A DNA stretch of 64,000 bases from Candidatus Moraniibacteriota bacterium (GTDB lineage: Bacteria > Patescibacteriota > Minisyncoccia > Moranbacterales > DUUL01): positions 24,544 through 88,543 of the forward strand of contig JALVDV010000004.1 of assembly GCA_027008775.1 (NCBI GenBank). The letters are read 5' to 3'. The notes under the pieces were generated by a model. That model worked only from the letters and a program-made list of their open reading frames with translations. It had not been told where the DNA came from and searched no databases. A program made the position numbers and the translations under genes. Positions 54,211 to 64,000 of the stretch are shown here, piece after piece; the first letter of the stretch is position 1; each line of letters opens with the position of its first letter.

Positions 54211-56877
54211 ATGGATAGCGAAAACAAAAAAAGTAGTTTCACTAATTTTATGAAACAGAAGACAGAAAGAGAGGGAGCAGCATCTGTAGAGAAAAAAAAT
54301 GCTTCTGAGGCGGTTGCTGCAAGAGGGCGTGTTTTTTCTGCCGGGGCTCATTCATCAGCAGAACCAAGCAAGAACAAGCCTGTTACCAAAAGAGACATAT
54401 CCACTTTAGTGGTCAAGATTTTGTTGTGGTTAGTTATTTTTTTGCTACCTTTGTTTTTCTTACCTTTGACGCCGAGTGTGCTTGCTTTGAGCAAGCAACT
54501 TTTGTTGGTTGTGCTGGTCGGTTTGGCTTTTTTGGTCTGGGTAGGGAAGATGGCTATCAAAAGTCAGATAAAGTTTAGAGCAAATTTTGTTTTTGTACCG
54601 GTCTTGCTTTTTTTGATAGTGATGGGTTTGAGTACCATTTTTGCCACTTATCCGGCTAGAAGTCTTTGGGGATTTTTTGGTGGAGAAAATCGCTCTTTTA
54701 TTACTTTGGCTTTTTTGGTGGCTTTCTTCATTTTATTTGTTAATGTAATCAGAAGCAAGAAAGATATTTTTATCAGCCTGGGTGTTTTGCTTGCCAGTGG
54801 TTTTTTAGCCGGTCTTTTTGGCGGTCTGCAATTGTGGGGAAAGTTTATTTTGCCAATTCCTCTGATAAAAAATCCTTATTTTAATACGATTGGTTCTGTT
54901 TATTTGTTCGGGGTTTATGTAACCGCTTTGTTTTTGTTATCTTTAAATTTGTTAGTTTATGTTAAAAATCTTGTTTGGCGAATTGTTTTGTTTTTGTTGA
55001 CGGTATTTTTCTTTGCTTTGGCGGTGGTGGTGAACTTAAAAATAGTCTGGGTAGTTTTGATTGTGGCCATTGCTTTTATTTTGGGACGCTTGATTATTGG
55101 CGCCGGTGGCCAGAAAGGTGGTTCTTTGGGAACAACTCTTTTGATGGTCTTTTTGGTACTTTCCGTTTTGTTGGTTTTGCAGAAGCGTCCTCTTATCAAT
55201 AAGCAGTTGCCTTTGGAGGTAACCCTGAACTATAAGACATCTGCGCAGATTTCTTGGCAAGCTTTGAAGCACAATTTTCTTTTGGGAACCGGACCTGCTT
55301 CCTTTATTGATGTTTACCGGAAATTCAGACCGGCCGGTAACTTGGGTGATTTTTGGGCCACCAATTTCAACGTTTCCGCCAGTTATTTCTTGACTTTGTT
55401 GTCAACGGTTGGTTTCTTGGGAACGGCTTCATTTTTGTTTGTAGTAGTGGTTGGGTTAATTTATCTTTTTCGAGGTGTCTTGTCTAAGGATGAAGAAGTG
55501 AGTGTGTTAGCTTCTGTGGTTGGTAGTGCTTGGTTGTTTTTGACTTTGTTGTTGTTTTTCTATGTGGCCAGTTTGAGTGTTTTGTTTTTATGGTGGTTGC
55601 TTTTCGCTGTTTTAGTGGTAATTCTCAGTTTCAATAAAACCACCGAATTAAGAGAATTTTCTACCGGCAGTGGTTCAGAGAAGCCGTCTTTGTTGTTCTC
55701 CTTCATTTTTGTCTTGGTTATTATTGGAGCGGCAATCGCTTTGTATTCGGAAAGTCAAAAATATTTGGCGGCGGTGCATTTTAAAAATGCTTTGGATGCT
55801 GATGTGAAAAAGGAGGATATAAATAAAATTCTTGATGAGTTGAACAAAGCAGTGTTGATGGATCCCAACAGAGATTTGTATTATCGTAACCGGTCCTTAG
55901 CTTATTTTGCCAAGGCTAATAAGAGAATAGCGGATAAAGAAAAGAATTTCAGTCCGGATGATGCCGCTTTTGTCAGTGAGGCGATTAGAAGAGCTTTGGC
56001 CGACGCTGCGCAAGCAAAAGAGTTAAATCCTTACGACGTTGATAATTATTTATCTTTGATCAGGATTTATGAAAGCTTATTGCCGACAATGGAAGGAGCC
56101 GGCGACAAAGCGTTGGAGTTGGCTAACAAAGCGGTTGAGTTAGACCCCAACAATCCTTTGATTTATCAAAAATTGGCCAACATTTATGTAGCTTTGGCTG
56201 ATTTGGAAGTTCGTAAAAATCCACCAAAAGATCCAAAGGAATTACCGGAAAAAGCCAAAGAGTATTTGGTTTCTGCGGAAAAGAATATTAAGAAAGCCAT
56301 TGAGTTACAACCGGCCTTGGTTGGCTTGAGGTTGAACTTGGTGGGAATTTATGACAGGCAAGGAAAAACCGATGAAGCTATCAAGGCGATGATTGAAAGC
56401 AGGAAGGTAGCCCCAACAAATCCAAACTTAGCTTTTCAACTTGGCTTATTATATCTTCGTCAAGATAAGTTAGACGAGGCTGGTTTGCAGTTTATCCAAG
56501 CAATTCGTTTGGATAAAAATTATGCTAACGCGCATTATTTTCTTGGTATAGTTCTGGACAAGAAGGGCAAGAAAGATCTGGCTATCAAGGAATTTGAGAA
56601 AGTTTTGAAATTAAATCCGGGCAACAAATTGGTGATGAAGATTCTTGATAATCTTAAAGCCGACAAGGACGCCCTGGACGGTTTGACCGGTAGAACCGTG
56701 CAGAGAAACACTAATACTGTAAGCGAAGGCGAGAATGCCCAGCCCACCATTAAGCCGGAAATCAAGGAGGACAAACCGGTACCGGCTGAAGCTACGGAAA
56801 AAATTCAATCAGAAGGGAACAATGAGAAGCCCAAGGAAGAGACTTCTAATGCTGGCGGTGAAAATAAGAAAGAATAA
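54211..56877 (+). CDS. large membrane protein: O-antigen-ligase-like (Wzy_C) polytopic N-terminal domain plus C-terminal TPR-repeat domain
   Basis: More than 10 TM; multiple TPR-like repeats ('AIELQPALVGLRLNLVGIYDRQGKTDEAI...', 'NAHYFLGIVLDKKGKKDLAIKEFEKVLKLNP'). Confidence 0.55.
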   Translation: MDSENKKSSFTNFMKQKTEREGAASVEKKNASEAVAARGRVFSAGAHSSAEPSKNKPVTKRDISTLVVKILLWLVIFLLPLFFLPLTPSVLALSKQLLLVVLVGLAFLVWVGKMAIKSQIKFRANFVFVPVLLFLIVMGLSTIFATYPARSLWGFFGGENRSFITLAFLVAFFILFVNVIRSKKDIFISLGVLLASGFLAGLFGGLQLWGKFILPIPLIKNPYFNTIGSVYLFGVYVTALFLLSLNLLVYVKNLVWRIVLFLLTVFFFALAVVVNLKIVWVVLIVAIAFILGRLIIGAGGQKGGSLGTTLLMVFLVLSVLLVLQKRPLINKQLPLEVTLNYKTSAQISWQALKHNFLLGTGPASFIDVYRKFRPAGNLGDFWATNFNVSASYFLTLLSTVGFLGTASFLFVVVVGLIYLFRGVLSKDEEVSVLASVVGSAWLFLTLLLFFYVASLSVLFLWWLLFAVLVVILSFNKTTELREFSTGSGSEKPSLLFSFIFVLVIIGAAIALYSESQKYLAAVHFKNALDADVKKEDINKILDELNKAVLMDPNRDLYYRNRSLAYFAKANKRIADKEKNFSPDDAAFVSEAIRRALADAAQAKELNPYDVDNYLSLIRIYESLLPTMEGAGDKALELANKAVELDPNNPLIYQKLANIYVALADLEVRKNPPKDPKELPEKAKEYLVSAEKNIKKAIELQPALVGLRLNLVGIYDRQGKTDEAIKAMIESRKVAPTNPNLAFQLGLLYLRQDKLDEAGLQFIQAIRLDKNYANAHYFLGIVLDKKGKKDLAIKEFEKVLKLNPGNKLVMKILDNLKADKDALDGLTGRTVQRNTNTVSEGENAQPTIKPEIKEDKPVPAEATEKIQSEGNNEKPKEETSNAGGENKKE

Positions 56878-56883
56878 TTTTTC

Positions 56884-57159
56884 TTGATAGAGATCCCCGT
56901 TCTGAGAGCGGGGATGTCTTTTATTAAAACAATGTTAAAAGAGTATTTAACAGCTCCACAAAAAAATCACTATGAGGATTCAATTATTCCCGATTATTTA
57001 ACGGAAGAATTGCAAGAATTATTTAATGAGGCAATTCCCAGAATTGTGGAAAGGGTTAGGGAGGAAGGAGTAACCCATTTGCTTTTAACGGAAAGGACGG
57101 CTCGCTTGTTTAAGTTTGGCTTTAGGAAAATTTTGACTTGTATGATTTGGACGATGTGA
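56884..57159 (+). CDS. hypothetical protein, probable 5' part of a frameshifted gene
   Basis: Overlaps the next ORF by 22 nt in a different frame. Confidence 0.35.
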   Translation: MIEIPVLRAGMSFIKTMLKEYLTAPQKNHYEDSIIPDYLTEELQELFNEAIPRIVERVREEGVTHLLLTERTARLFKFGFRKILTCMIWTM

Positions 57160-57590
57160 AGATCGGTAGTATCGCCCCCGATTATTTTTTGTCGGAAAAT
57201 GAGAATGAGGTATCACAGGAACAAAGAAAGAGGAAATTGGATTTTATAAGAAATGATTTGAAGAGTGGGCATTTGGAAAAAATAATGGTATTGGATGAAT
57301 ATACTGAGAGCGGAGACAGTTTGGAAGCTGTTCGGGAAGGATTGGAAAAGTTGTTTGGCTTACGCGATGATCAAGTGCTTATTGATTATATCCAGAAAGC
57401 CGGTTCGGGTGATGAGGTGATGGTGGAAGCGATTTATGATAATGTGGATGATATTTTTACGAATGAGGTAAATCATGCGCAGTTGAAAGATGAGAAAGTT
57501 AAAGAAAAATATAAGGACACGGTTCGGCAGATTACCGATATGATGGAAGCGGCAATGGATAATTATGAAGCCGAACATTCGTTTTACTAA
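57138..57590 (+). CDS. hypothetical acidic protein, probable 3' part of the same gene
   Basis: ORF only. Confidence 0.35.
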   Translation: MYDLDDVKIGSIAPDYFLSENENEVSQEQRKRKLDFIRNDLKSGHLEKIMVLDEYTESGDSLEAVREGLEKLFGLRDDQVLIDYIQKAGSGDEVMVEAIYDNVDDIFTNEVNHAQLKDEKVKEKYKDTVRQITDMMEAAMDNYEAEHSFY

Positions 57591-57602
57591 CAGTGTAAAC
57601 TG

Positions 57603-58712
57603 ATGAAGGACATAACGGAAATTGATTTTAATAACGAGGTGATTTACAAGGAGAAGGTCTGGGGTAATAGCGAGGAAATTGCTAAATTTATGGCCATTGT
57701 TCCAGAGAAGTTTGGCAAGAAAAGGGTTGGAGAAGTATTCTTGGTCTCCACTCATCCGGATGGTTTGAGTAAATTCACAAACGGTCGGCGCTTGGTGGAT
57801 GAAATTCATAACGAGGAATCGGTTTTCGGAAAAACGATTGGCCCAAAAGGTGACTTTCCTATCCTATTTAAACTTCTGTCAGCGAAAGAATATTTATCAA
57901 TTCAAACTCATTACAAGAATAAAGTTGAGGCCTGGCACACTTTGTCTGAGGGTGAGATGTTGTACGGTTTGACTTCGGAGGGTGAAAAAAGTTTGCGAAC
58001 GGAAAAAGGGAGAAAGGAGTTGATTGAATTGTTGAAGGTGGCTGACAGAGTGGAGCAAGTGGGTAAATATTTTAATCATGTGAAATTTAAACCGGGAGAG
58101 ACTTACTTGATTCATTCCGGCTTACCTCATTCTTTATTGCGAGGGACGATTTTGGAACCGCAGAAGAATAGCAATTTGACTGTTAGGGGTGGTGATTGGG
58201 GAAGGAATGATCCCAACAGGCCTTTACAAGTTGAAGATTTTTTTGCTTCAATTTATCCCTACGCGGTGAAGCCGGAGCCGATTGAACCGAAGGTTAAGGC
58301 TTACCGAACAGAGAAGGATGTCCCTGTTAATTCTGAGCATTTGTGCTTAGTAGCTACAGAAAATTTTGCTTTGGACAAGATTGTTTTGCGGGATGGTTGG
58401 CGAATGTTGGAAACTTTTCCGGATAGATTTTTTATTGCTTTGGTAATGGAGGGCGAAGTCGATTTGACCAACGGTGTAGTTAATAAAAAATTGCGGAAAG
58501 GCCAAGTATTTATCTTGGGAGCAACGGCCAATGAGTGGACTTTTAAAGGACAAGGAGAGATAATGTTGGTTTATGTTCCGCATTTGAAAAAAGGGATTAT
58601 CAGTCCTCTGCGGAACAGTGGTTATTCTTATGGGGAAATTGCTCAGATTGGCGGGCCGACTTTAAGGGAGAACGATGTTTATATAGAAATGAAAGAATTA
58701 GGGTTGATGTGA
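57603..58712 (+). CDS. manA: type I phosphomannose isomerase-like cupin
   Basis: 'YLSIQTHY' (cf. LS[VI]QVHP) and 'YLIHSGLPHS' PMI-like motifs. Moderate confidence. Confidence 0.5.
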   Translation: MKDITEIDFNNEVIYKEKVWGNSEEIAKFMAIVPEKFGKKRVGEVFLVSTHPDGLSKFTNGRRLVDEIHNEESVFGKTIGPKGDFPILFKLLSAKEYLSIQTHYKNKVEAWHTLSEGEMLYGLTSEGEKSLRTEKGRKELIELLKVADRVEQVGKYFNHVKFKPGETYLIHSGLPHSLLRGTILEPQKNSNLTVRGGDWGRNDPNRPLQVEDFFASIYPYAVKPEPIEPKVKAYRTEKDVPVNSEHLCLVATENFALDKIVLRDGWRMLETFPDRFFIALVMEGEVDLTNGVVNKKLRKGQVFILGATANEWTFKGQGEIMLVYVPHLKKGIISPLRNSGYSYGEIAQIGGPTLRENDVYIEMKELGLM

Positions 58713-58753
58713 ATTAAATTTCAGATTGATTTAGTTTCAGCTCAAATGGCACA

Positions 58754-58791
58754 AAAAGAGCCCTCGCCTGTGTAGGCGGGCTCTTTTTGTT
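58754..58791. terminator. bidirectional terminator AAAAAGAGCCC..GCC-tgtgt-AGGCGGGCTCTTTTT
   Basis: Read directly between convergent manA-like and ZIP genes. Confidence 0.75.
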
Positions 58792-58856
58792 TATTTGCCG
58801 ATAAGATAATTATTTAGATATTTATTTGACCGGAGTTGTAAATTTTTAGTTTAAAA

Positions 58857-59681
58857 TTATTTATGGTTACTAATGATTTTTTCTTGATGGGAATGATTGT
58901 GGTTTTGATGCTCGTCCGAATGGGAATGAGGGAGAATTTTAGCGGTAGAAAACATTAAGAGGGCGCCTAGGAGAAAAACGAGAAAATGTTTTCGGTAAGT
59001 TGAATGTTGATGAGCGTCTTTTAGAGAGTGAGGAAGCAAATCTCTAAATAAAACGTAAAGAAAGCCACCGGCTGCTATTCCTGTTAACAGTGAAGCTAAA
59101 ACTGCAAATTTGGCAGAGATTAAAGCTAAGCTGATTCCGATTAAAATTGAAGCGGAAGAAAGAAAATTTAAAAGAAGAGCTTTTTTGACTGACCAGCCGG
59201 CTTCTTGATAGATGAAAAACTCGGAAATCTCCTGTACGACTTCGTGTAAAAGAATTCCCAGACTGGCTCCCAGGCCAATTTGCGGACTGATAAGGTAGGA
59301 AGTGGCCAAAAGAATACCGTCACCAGCATTGTGAAAAGTGTCGCTAATCATAACACGGCGAGCATCCAAATCAGAGTGTTTTGGCTTGCAGTCTGAAGGG
59401 ACAGAGTGGTGGTGATGTTTGCCGGGGATAAAATGAGTTATTATTTTGATTATGATGATGCCTGCGATGATATACCCTAGGGAAAGAAAAATATTTTGAC
59501 CGGAATGGAAAATTTCTTCTAAGAGATGGTAGGTTAAGACGAGAAAAACCCCGCCAGCGAAAGTCACTAAGTAATTGGTGTTTTTTTGCAAAAGATTGCC
59601 AAATTTTTTCCAGGTAAGCAACTTTCCACTAAAGGAAGCCAACATGATAAGAAAAGCAGAAAGAAAAATATTTGTTATCAT
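58857..59681 (-). CDS. ZIP-family divalent-metal transporter with His-rich loops
   Basis: 'GILLHEVVQEISEF' (HExxE ZIP motif), 'GKHHHHSVP', C-terminal 'HSHSDEHQNHNHSHQ'; eight TM. Confidence 0.55.
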   Translation of the reverse strand: MITNIFLSAFLIMLASFSGKLLTWKKFGNLLQKNTNYLVTFAGGVFLVLTYHLLEEIFHSGQNIFLSLGYIIAGIIIIKIITHFIPGKHHHHSVPSDCKPKHSDLDARRVMISDTFHNAGDGILLATSYLISPQIGLGASLGILLHEVVQEISEFFIYQEAGWSVKKALLLNFLSSASILIGISLALISAKFAVLASLLTGIAAGGFLYVLFRDLLPHSLKDAHQHSTYRKHFLVFLLGALLMFSTAKILPHSHSDEHQNHNHSHQEKIISNHK

Positions 59682-60015
59682 TGTTTTAGTTTTTTTATTC
59701 TTTTAATCTTTTTTATATTAAGCTTTTTATTTGATTTGTCAATTTTTTGTATTAGATGACCACTTCTTGGATATTTTGGTATATTTTTAGATAAGCTTTG
59801 TCGGCAACAGGTGAACTAAGATTTGGTGGGGTTCGGAAAGGTTGTATTTTAAAGGTAAATTATCAATTAGCTTGGCAAGTTCTGTTTTAAATGACAATCT
59901 AATATTTTTAAAAGTACTAAAATTTTTTATTCAGGTATTGGGATTTAAAAAGCAAGAAAACAAAGAGAAAGGGAAAATAATTTTTTTATTTTTCCATTTA
60001 GTGTTGTTGAGGTAT

Positions 60016-60088
60016 ATTATGATATTATTGATAATATCATAATACTTTTCTTTGTCAGTTATTATAAAATTATCAATAATATCATAAT
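60016..60088. repeat. second locus of the 28-bp palindrome: perfect copy ATTATGATATTATTGATAATATCATAAT (60016-60043) plus degenerate copy (60061-60088)
   Basis: Identical to 40091-40118. The degenerate partner resembles 40048-40075 with 2 mismatches. Confidence 0.8.
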
Positions 60089-60423
60089 ATACTGTCGTTG
60101 AGGTTGAAGAAATTAGATAATTTTTTCAAAAAGAAAGAATTTTAAATTAGAAATTCTTCTTGTCGGCGTCAGCATGACGCTGAATAATTTAATTTTTAGT
60201 CGAATTTTTAGGGATAAAGAGTCGGAAATTCTGGTTGTCCTTTCTGAAAAATGTGTTTGTTCTTAGATTGGGGGCTACTAAACAGCGTTTTTTCATTTAG
60301 CCTTTTGTTTGTTTGAAATACTTTCACTTTTCTGTTTCTCTATTTGAGATTTGGGGATATCCAAACAGGACCTAGAGATGTCTAAAGTGTGTTTTAACTT
60401 TTGTGTTTACCGGTTTTATTGAG

Positions 60424-60450
60424 TTAGCACTCTCCTGTAGAGAGTGCTTG
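60424..60450 (+). promoter_or_regulatory. CIRCE operator (HrcA site) TTAGCACTC-N9-GAGTGCTTG overlapping the -35 TTGACA of the groEL promoter
   Basis: Matches CIRCE consensus TTAGCACTC-N9-GAGTGCTAA at 16 of 18 positions; about 100 nt upstream of groEL. Confidence 0.85.
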
Positions 60451-60542
60451 ACATTTTGAAAGAAACAATTAAAATGGAAGTTGACAAATGGGTGAGTTGT
60501 TGTTCGCCCGAAGATAGAACTAAATCATAAAAATTAATTTAA

Positions 60543-62219
<1,677 letters not shown>

Positions 62220-62240
62220 GCCACTGATGATAGTGAGAGA

Positions 62241-62272
62241 GAGGCGACTTTTTGTTTGTCGCCTCTTTTTTT
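62241..62272 (+). terminator. terminator GAGGCGAC-loop-GTCGCCTC followed by TTTTTTT
   Basis: Read directly. Confidence 0.85.
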
Positions 62273-62364
62273 ATGACAGAGATATTGTTGGAAAAGAAGG
62301 GAAAATGTTATACTGGGTTTGTTGTCGCTTTGTTCAAAGGATAAATTGATTGAGATAATTTTGG

Positions 62365-63363
62365 TTGTTCCCAAGTTGCATTTGGGCGGTGTTAAATTTA
62401 GGTTTTACAAAAATGCTTGAACTAAATAAGGATGAGGAAAATATTGTATATACTTTGGCTTATTATAATGCTTTGGATTATTTTCCGACCAGGTTTTTTT
62501 TGTGGAGAAATTTAATTGATGTGGAGCAGGTGAAGAGAGGGAAGAGTTTTTTGGAAACGGAGAAGTTGTTGGATTCTTTGATAGAGAGAGGGTTGATTTT
62601 GGAAAAGAATGGATTTTTATTGTTGAGATCGGCGGTTAAGGAGAGAGAGTTTCCAGTAAAACTCTATAGAGCCAGAATTTGGAAAAATAAAATCTCGGCG
62701 GAGAAAATAAAAATGGTGAGGGGTTGGTCAAGAGTTTTGATAAAAGTGCCTTATTTGCGAGAGATGTTGTTGGTGGGAACGCTGATGTTAAAAAATTCTG
62801 ATAAAAAAAGTGATTGGGATGTCATTTCCATTATGGGACGAAATAGAATTTGGTTGGGAAGATTTTTTTTATCTTTATGGTTGCAACTTCTGGGTAAAAG
62901 AAGGACTGATGAGAAAGTTGAGGATAGATTTTGCTTAAATCAATTTTTGGTAGATGGTAGCCTAGTTTCTTTGGAGAGAAGTCAATTTATGGCCAATGAA
63001 TTATTATTGGCTATTCCTTTGTTATCGGGAAGTTCGGTTAAGGATAAAATAATAAAAAGTAATATGTTTTGGTTGCAAAAAATTAAACCAAACTTTAAAT
63101 ATTATTTTGGTTTACCTGCTGTTGATGATAAGATAAGCAGAGGGGGGATTAGCTGGTTTGAATTGATTTTGGAAAAACTTGGTTTGGCCGGTTTGATGAA
63201 CAATTGGTTGAAAAAGATTATGATTAAGAGAATTTTAAGTAATCCCAAAACTTATTTGAGGGAGGCTGATATTCGTTTCGGTGACTTTTATTTGATTTTT
63301 TTGCCGGAGCCAAGACGAAATAAGTTGGAAATTAAGGCCAGGGCTTTGACAAAAAGGTTGTAA
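62365..63363 (+). CDS. hypothetical protein (start possibly at the internal ATG near 62413)
   Basis: ORF only; basic, no recognisable motif. Confidence 0.4.
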   Translation: MFPSCIWAVLNLGFTKMLELNKDEENIVYTLAYYNALDYFPTRFFLWRNLIDVEQVKRGKSFLETEKLLDSLIERGLILEKNGFLLLRSAVKEREFPVKLYRARIWKNKISAEKIKMVRGWSRVLIKVPYLREMLLVGTLMLKNSDKKSDWDVISIMGRNRIWLGRFFLSLWLQLLGKRRTDEKVEDRFCLNQFLVDGSLVSLERSQFMANELLLAIPLLSGSSVKDKIIKSNMFWLQKIKPNFKYYFGLPAVDDKISRGGISWFELILEKLGLAGLMNNWLKKIMIKRILSNPKTYLREADIRFGDFYLIFLPEPRRNKLEIKARALTKRL

Positions 63364-63449
63364 AGGTGTATAATGGTTGGTGTGGTAGGGTAATGAAAGG
63401 GTGATTCTTTTAAGAATCGCCCTATTTTTATTATAAAGATTTGCTGATT

Positions 63450-64000
63450 ATGCAACAAAACAAAAGGAGATTTCAGTGGAGATCGTTAAGTGCCAAAGAA
63501 TTGGCGGTTTTTGCTTTATTTTCACTCCTTCTTTGGGGAGGGGCAGTTTTTCTTTTTGGCAAAATGACGGTGTTTGCGGAAGAGAAAGATAAAACAGGTT
63601 TGTCTGAGCAACAGCCATACCAAGGAATGATTGAGGCTTTAGTGAGTAAACTAAATCAGGAGAGGGAGAAGATCGGTTTACAACCGTTGGAGATTGATCG
63701 GAGGTTGGAACGAATGGCGGAATATAAATTGCAAAATATGGCAGAAGACGGATACTTTGCGCATATTTCTCCCTCCGGTCAAACAGCCTGGGATATTTTT
63801 GATAAATTTGGTTATGAGTATAATTTTGCCGGAGAAAATTTAGCAACAAATTTTGTTGATGCGGATGATTTACATCGCGCTTGGATGCGCAGTCCGGAAC
63901 ATCGGAAGAATATTTTGTTTCCCGAGTATACCAAGGTTGGCTTGGCGATAGGTGAATCCAGAACAGGAGCTTTGTTGGCGGTGGAGTATTTTGCGAAACC
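63450..64000 (+). CDS. secreted/membrane-anchored CAP (SCP/PR-1-like) domain protein, 3'-truncated by window end
   Basis: My own translation: 'MQQNKRRFQWRSLSAKELAVFALFSLLLWGGAVFLF...YFAHISPSGQTAWDIFDKFGYEYNFAGENLATNF...AWMRSPEHRKNIL...YTKVGLA'. 'GENLA...H..N' CAP motifs. Absent from the ORF track because no stop lies inside the window. Confidence 0.65.
   Translation, partial: MQQNKRRFQWRSLSAKELAVFALFSLLLWGGAVFLFGKMTVFAEEKDKTGLSEQQPYQGMIEALVSKLNQEREKIGLQPLEIDRRLERMAEYKLQNMAEDGYFAHISPSGQTAWDIFDKFGYEYNFAGENLATNFVDADDLHRAWMRSPEHRKNILFPEYTKVGLAIGESRTGALLAVEYFAK

Noticed and set aside
59842-60042. 66-aa ORF upstream of groEL considered as a possible degenerate groES
   Set aside because: The sequence is low-complexity and hydrophobic (MYFKGKLSISLASSV...LLIIS) with no GroES mobile-loop or beta-barrel motifs. 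It overlaps the AT-rich palindrome region.
63448-63849. Minus-strand ORF of 133 aa
   Set aside because: It is antisense to a well-supported plus-strand CAP-domain gene (63450 onwards) that the track misses only because it lacks a stop in the window.

Overview
Low-GC, gene-dense bacterial sequence whose gene content and architecture (many small membrane proteins, long disordered linkers, GatCA without GatB, a bacterial Elp3, a single Xer-type recombinase, TTG starts, AT-rich intergenic DNA) are consistent with a Candidate Phyla Radiation / Patescibacteria-like genome. This is an inference only. Recognisable housekeeping genes: tyrS (3' fragment), valS, holA-like, gatC-gatA, miaA, rbfA-infB, xerC/D-like, comM/yifB, lspA-dksA/traR, rplY (L25/Ctc), manA-like, groEL, plus tRNA-Cys(GCA) and tRNA-Leu(UAA). 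Accessory content: (1) at 0.8-5.7 kb, two paralogous ~580-aa cysteine-rich proteins of a family I cannot name, bracketing a COG1373-type AAA+ ATPase, with a perfect 15-bp-arm palindrome between them; I consider this the most likely undescribed system in the window. (2) a cell-envelope polysaccharide cluster (GT2 with QxxRW, MraY/WecA-like transferase, DUF192). (3) a divergent Elp3 / class-I SAM methyltransferase pair. (4) a metal-resistance cluster immediately after the two tRNAs (ArsR, CPxC thioredoxin-like protein, CDF transporter, ArsP-like permease). (5) a xer-adjacent array of a perfect 28-bp dif-like palindrome that recurs about 20 kb away. (6) a surface-protein cluster: phage-tail-fibre-like protein with an S74 intramolecular chaperone domain, and a Big_2 / myxo-Cys-repeat protein with near-identical internal duplication. 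(7) groEL with a CIRCE operator but no adjacent groES. Several Rho-independent terminators and sigma70-like promoters are visible. No CRISPR array, rRNA or obvious transposase was found.
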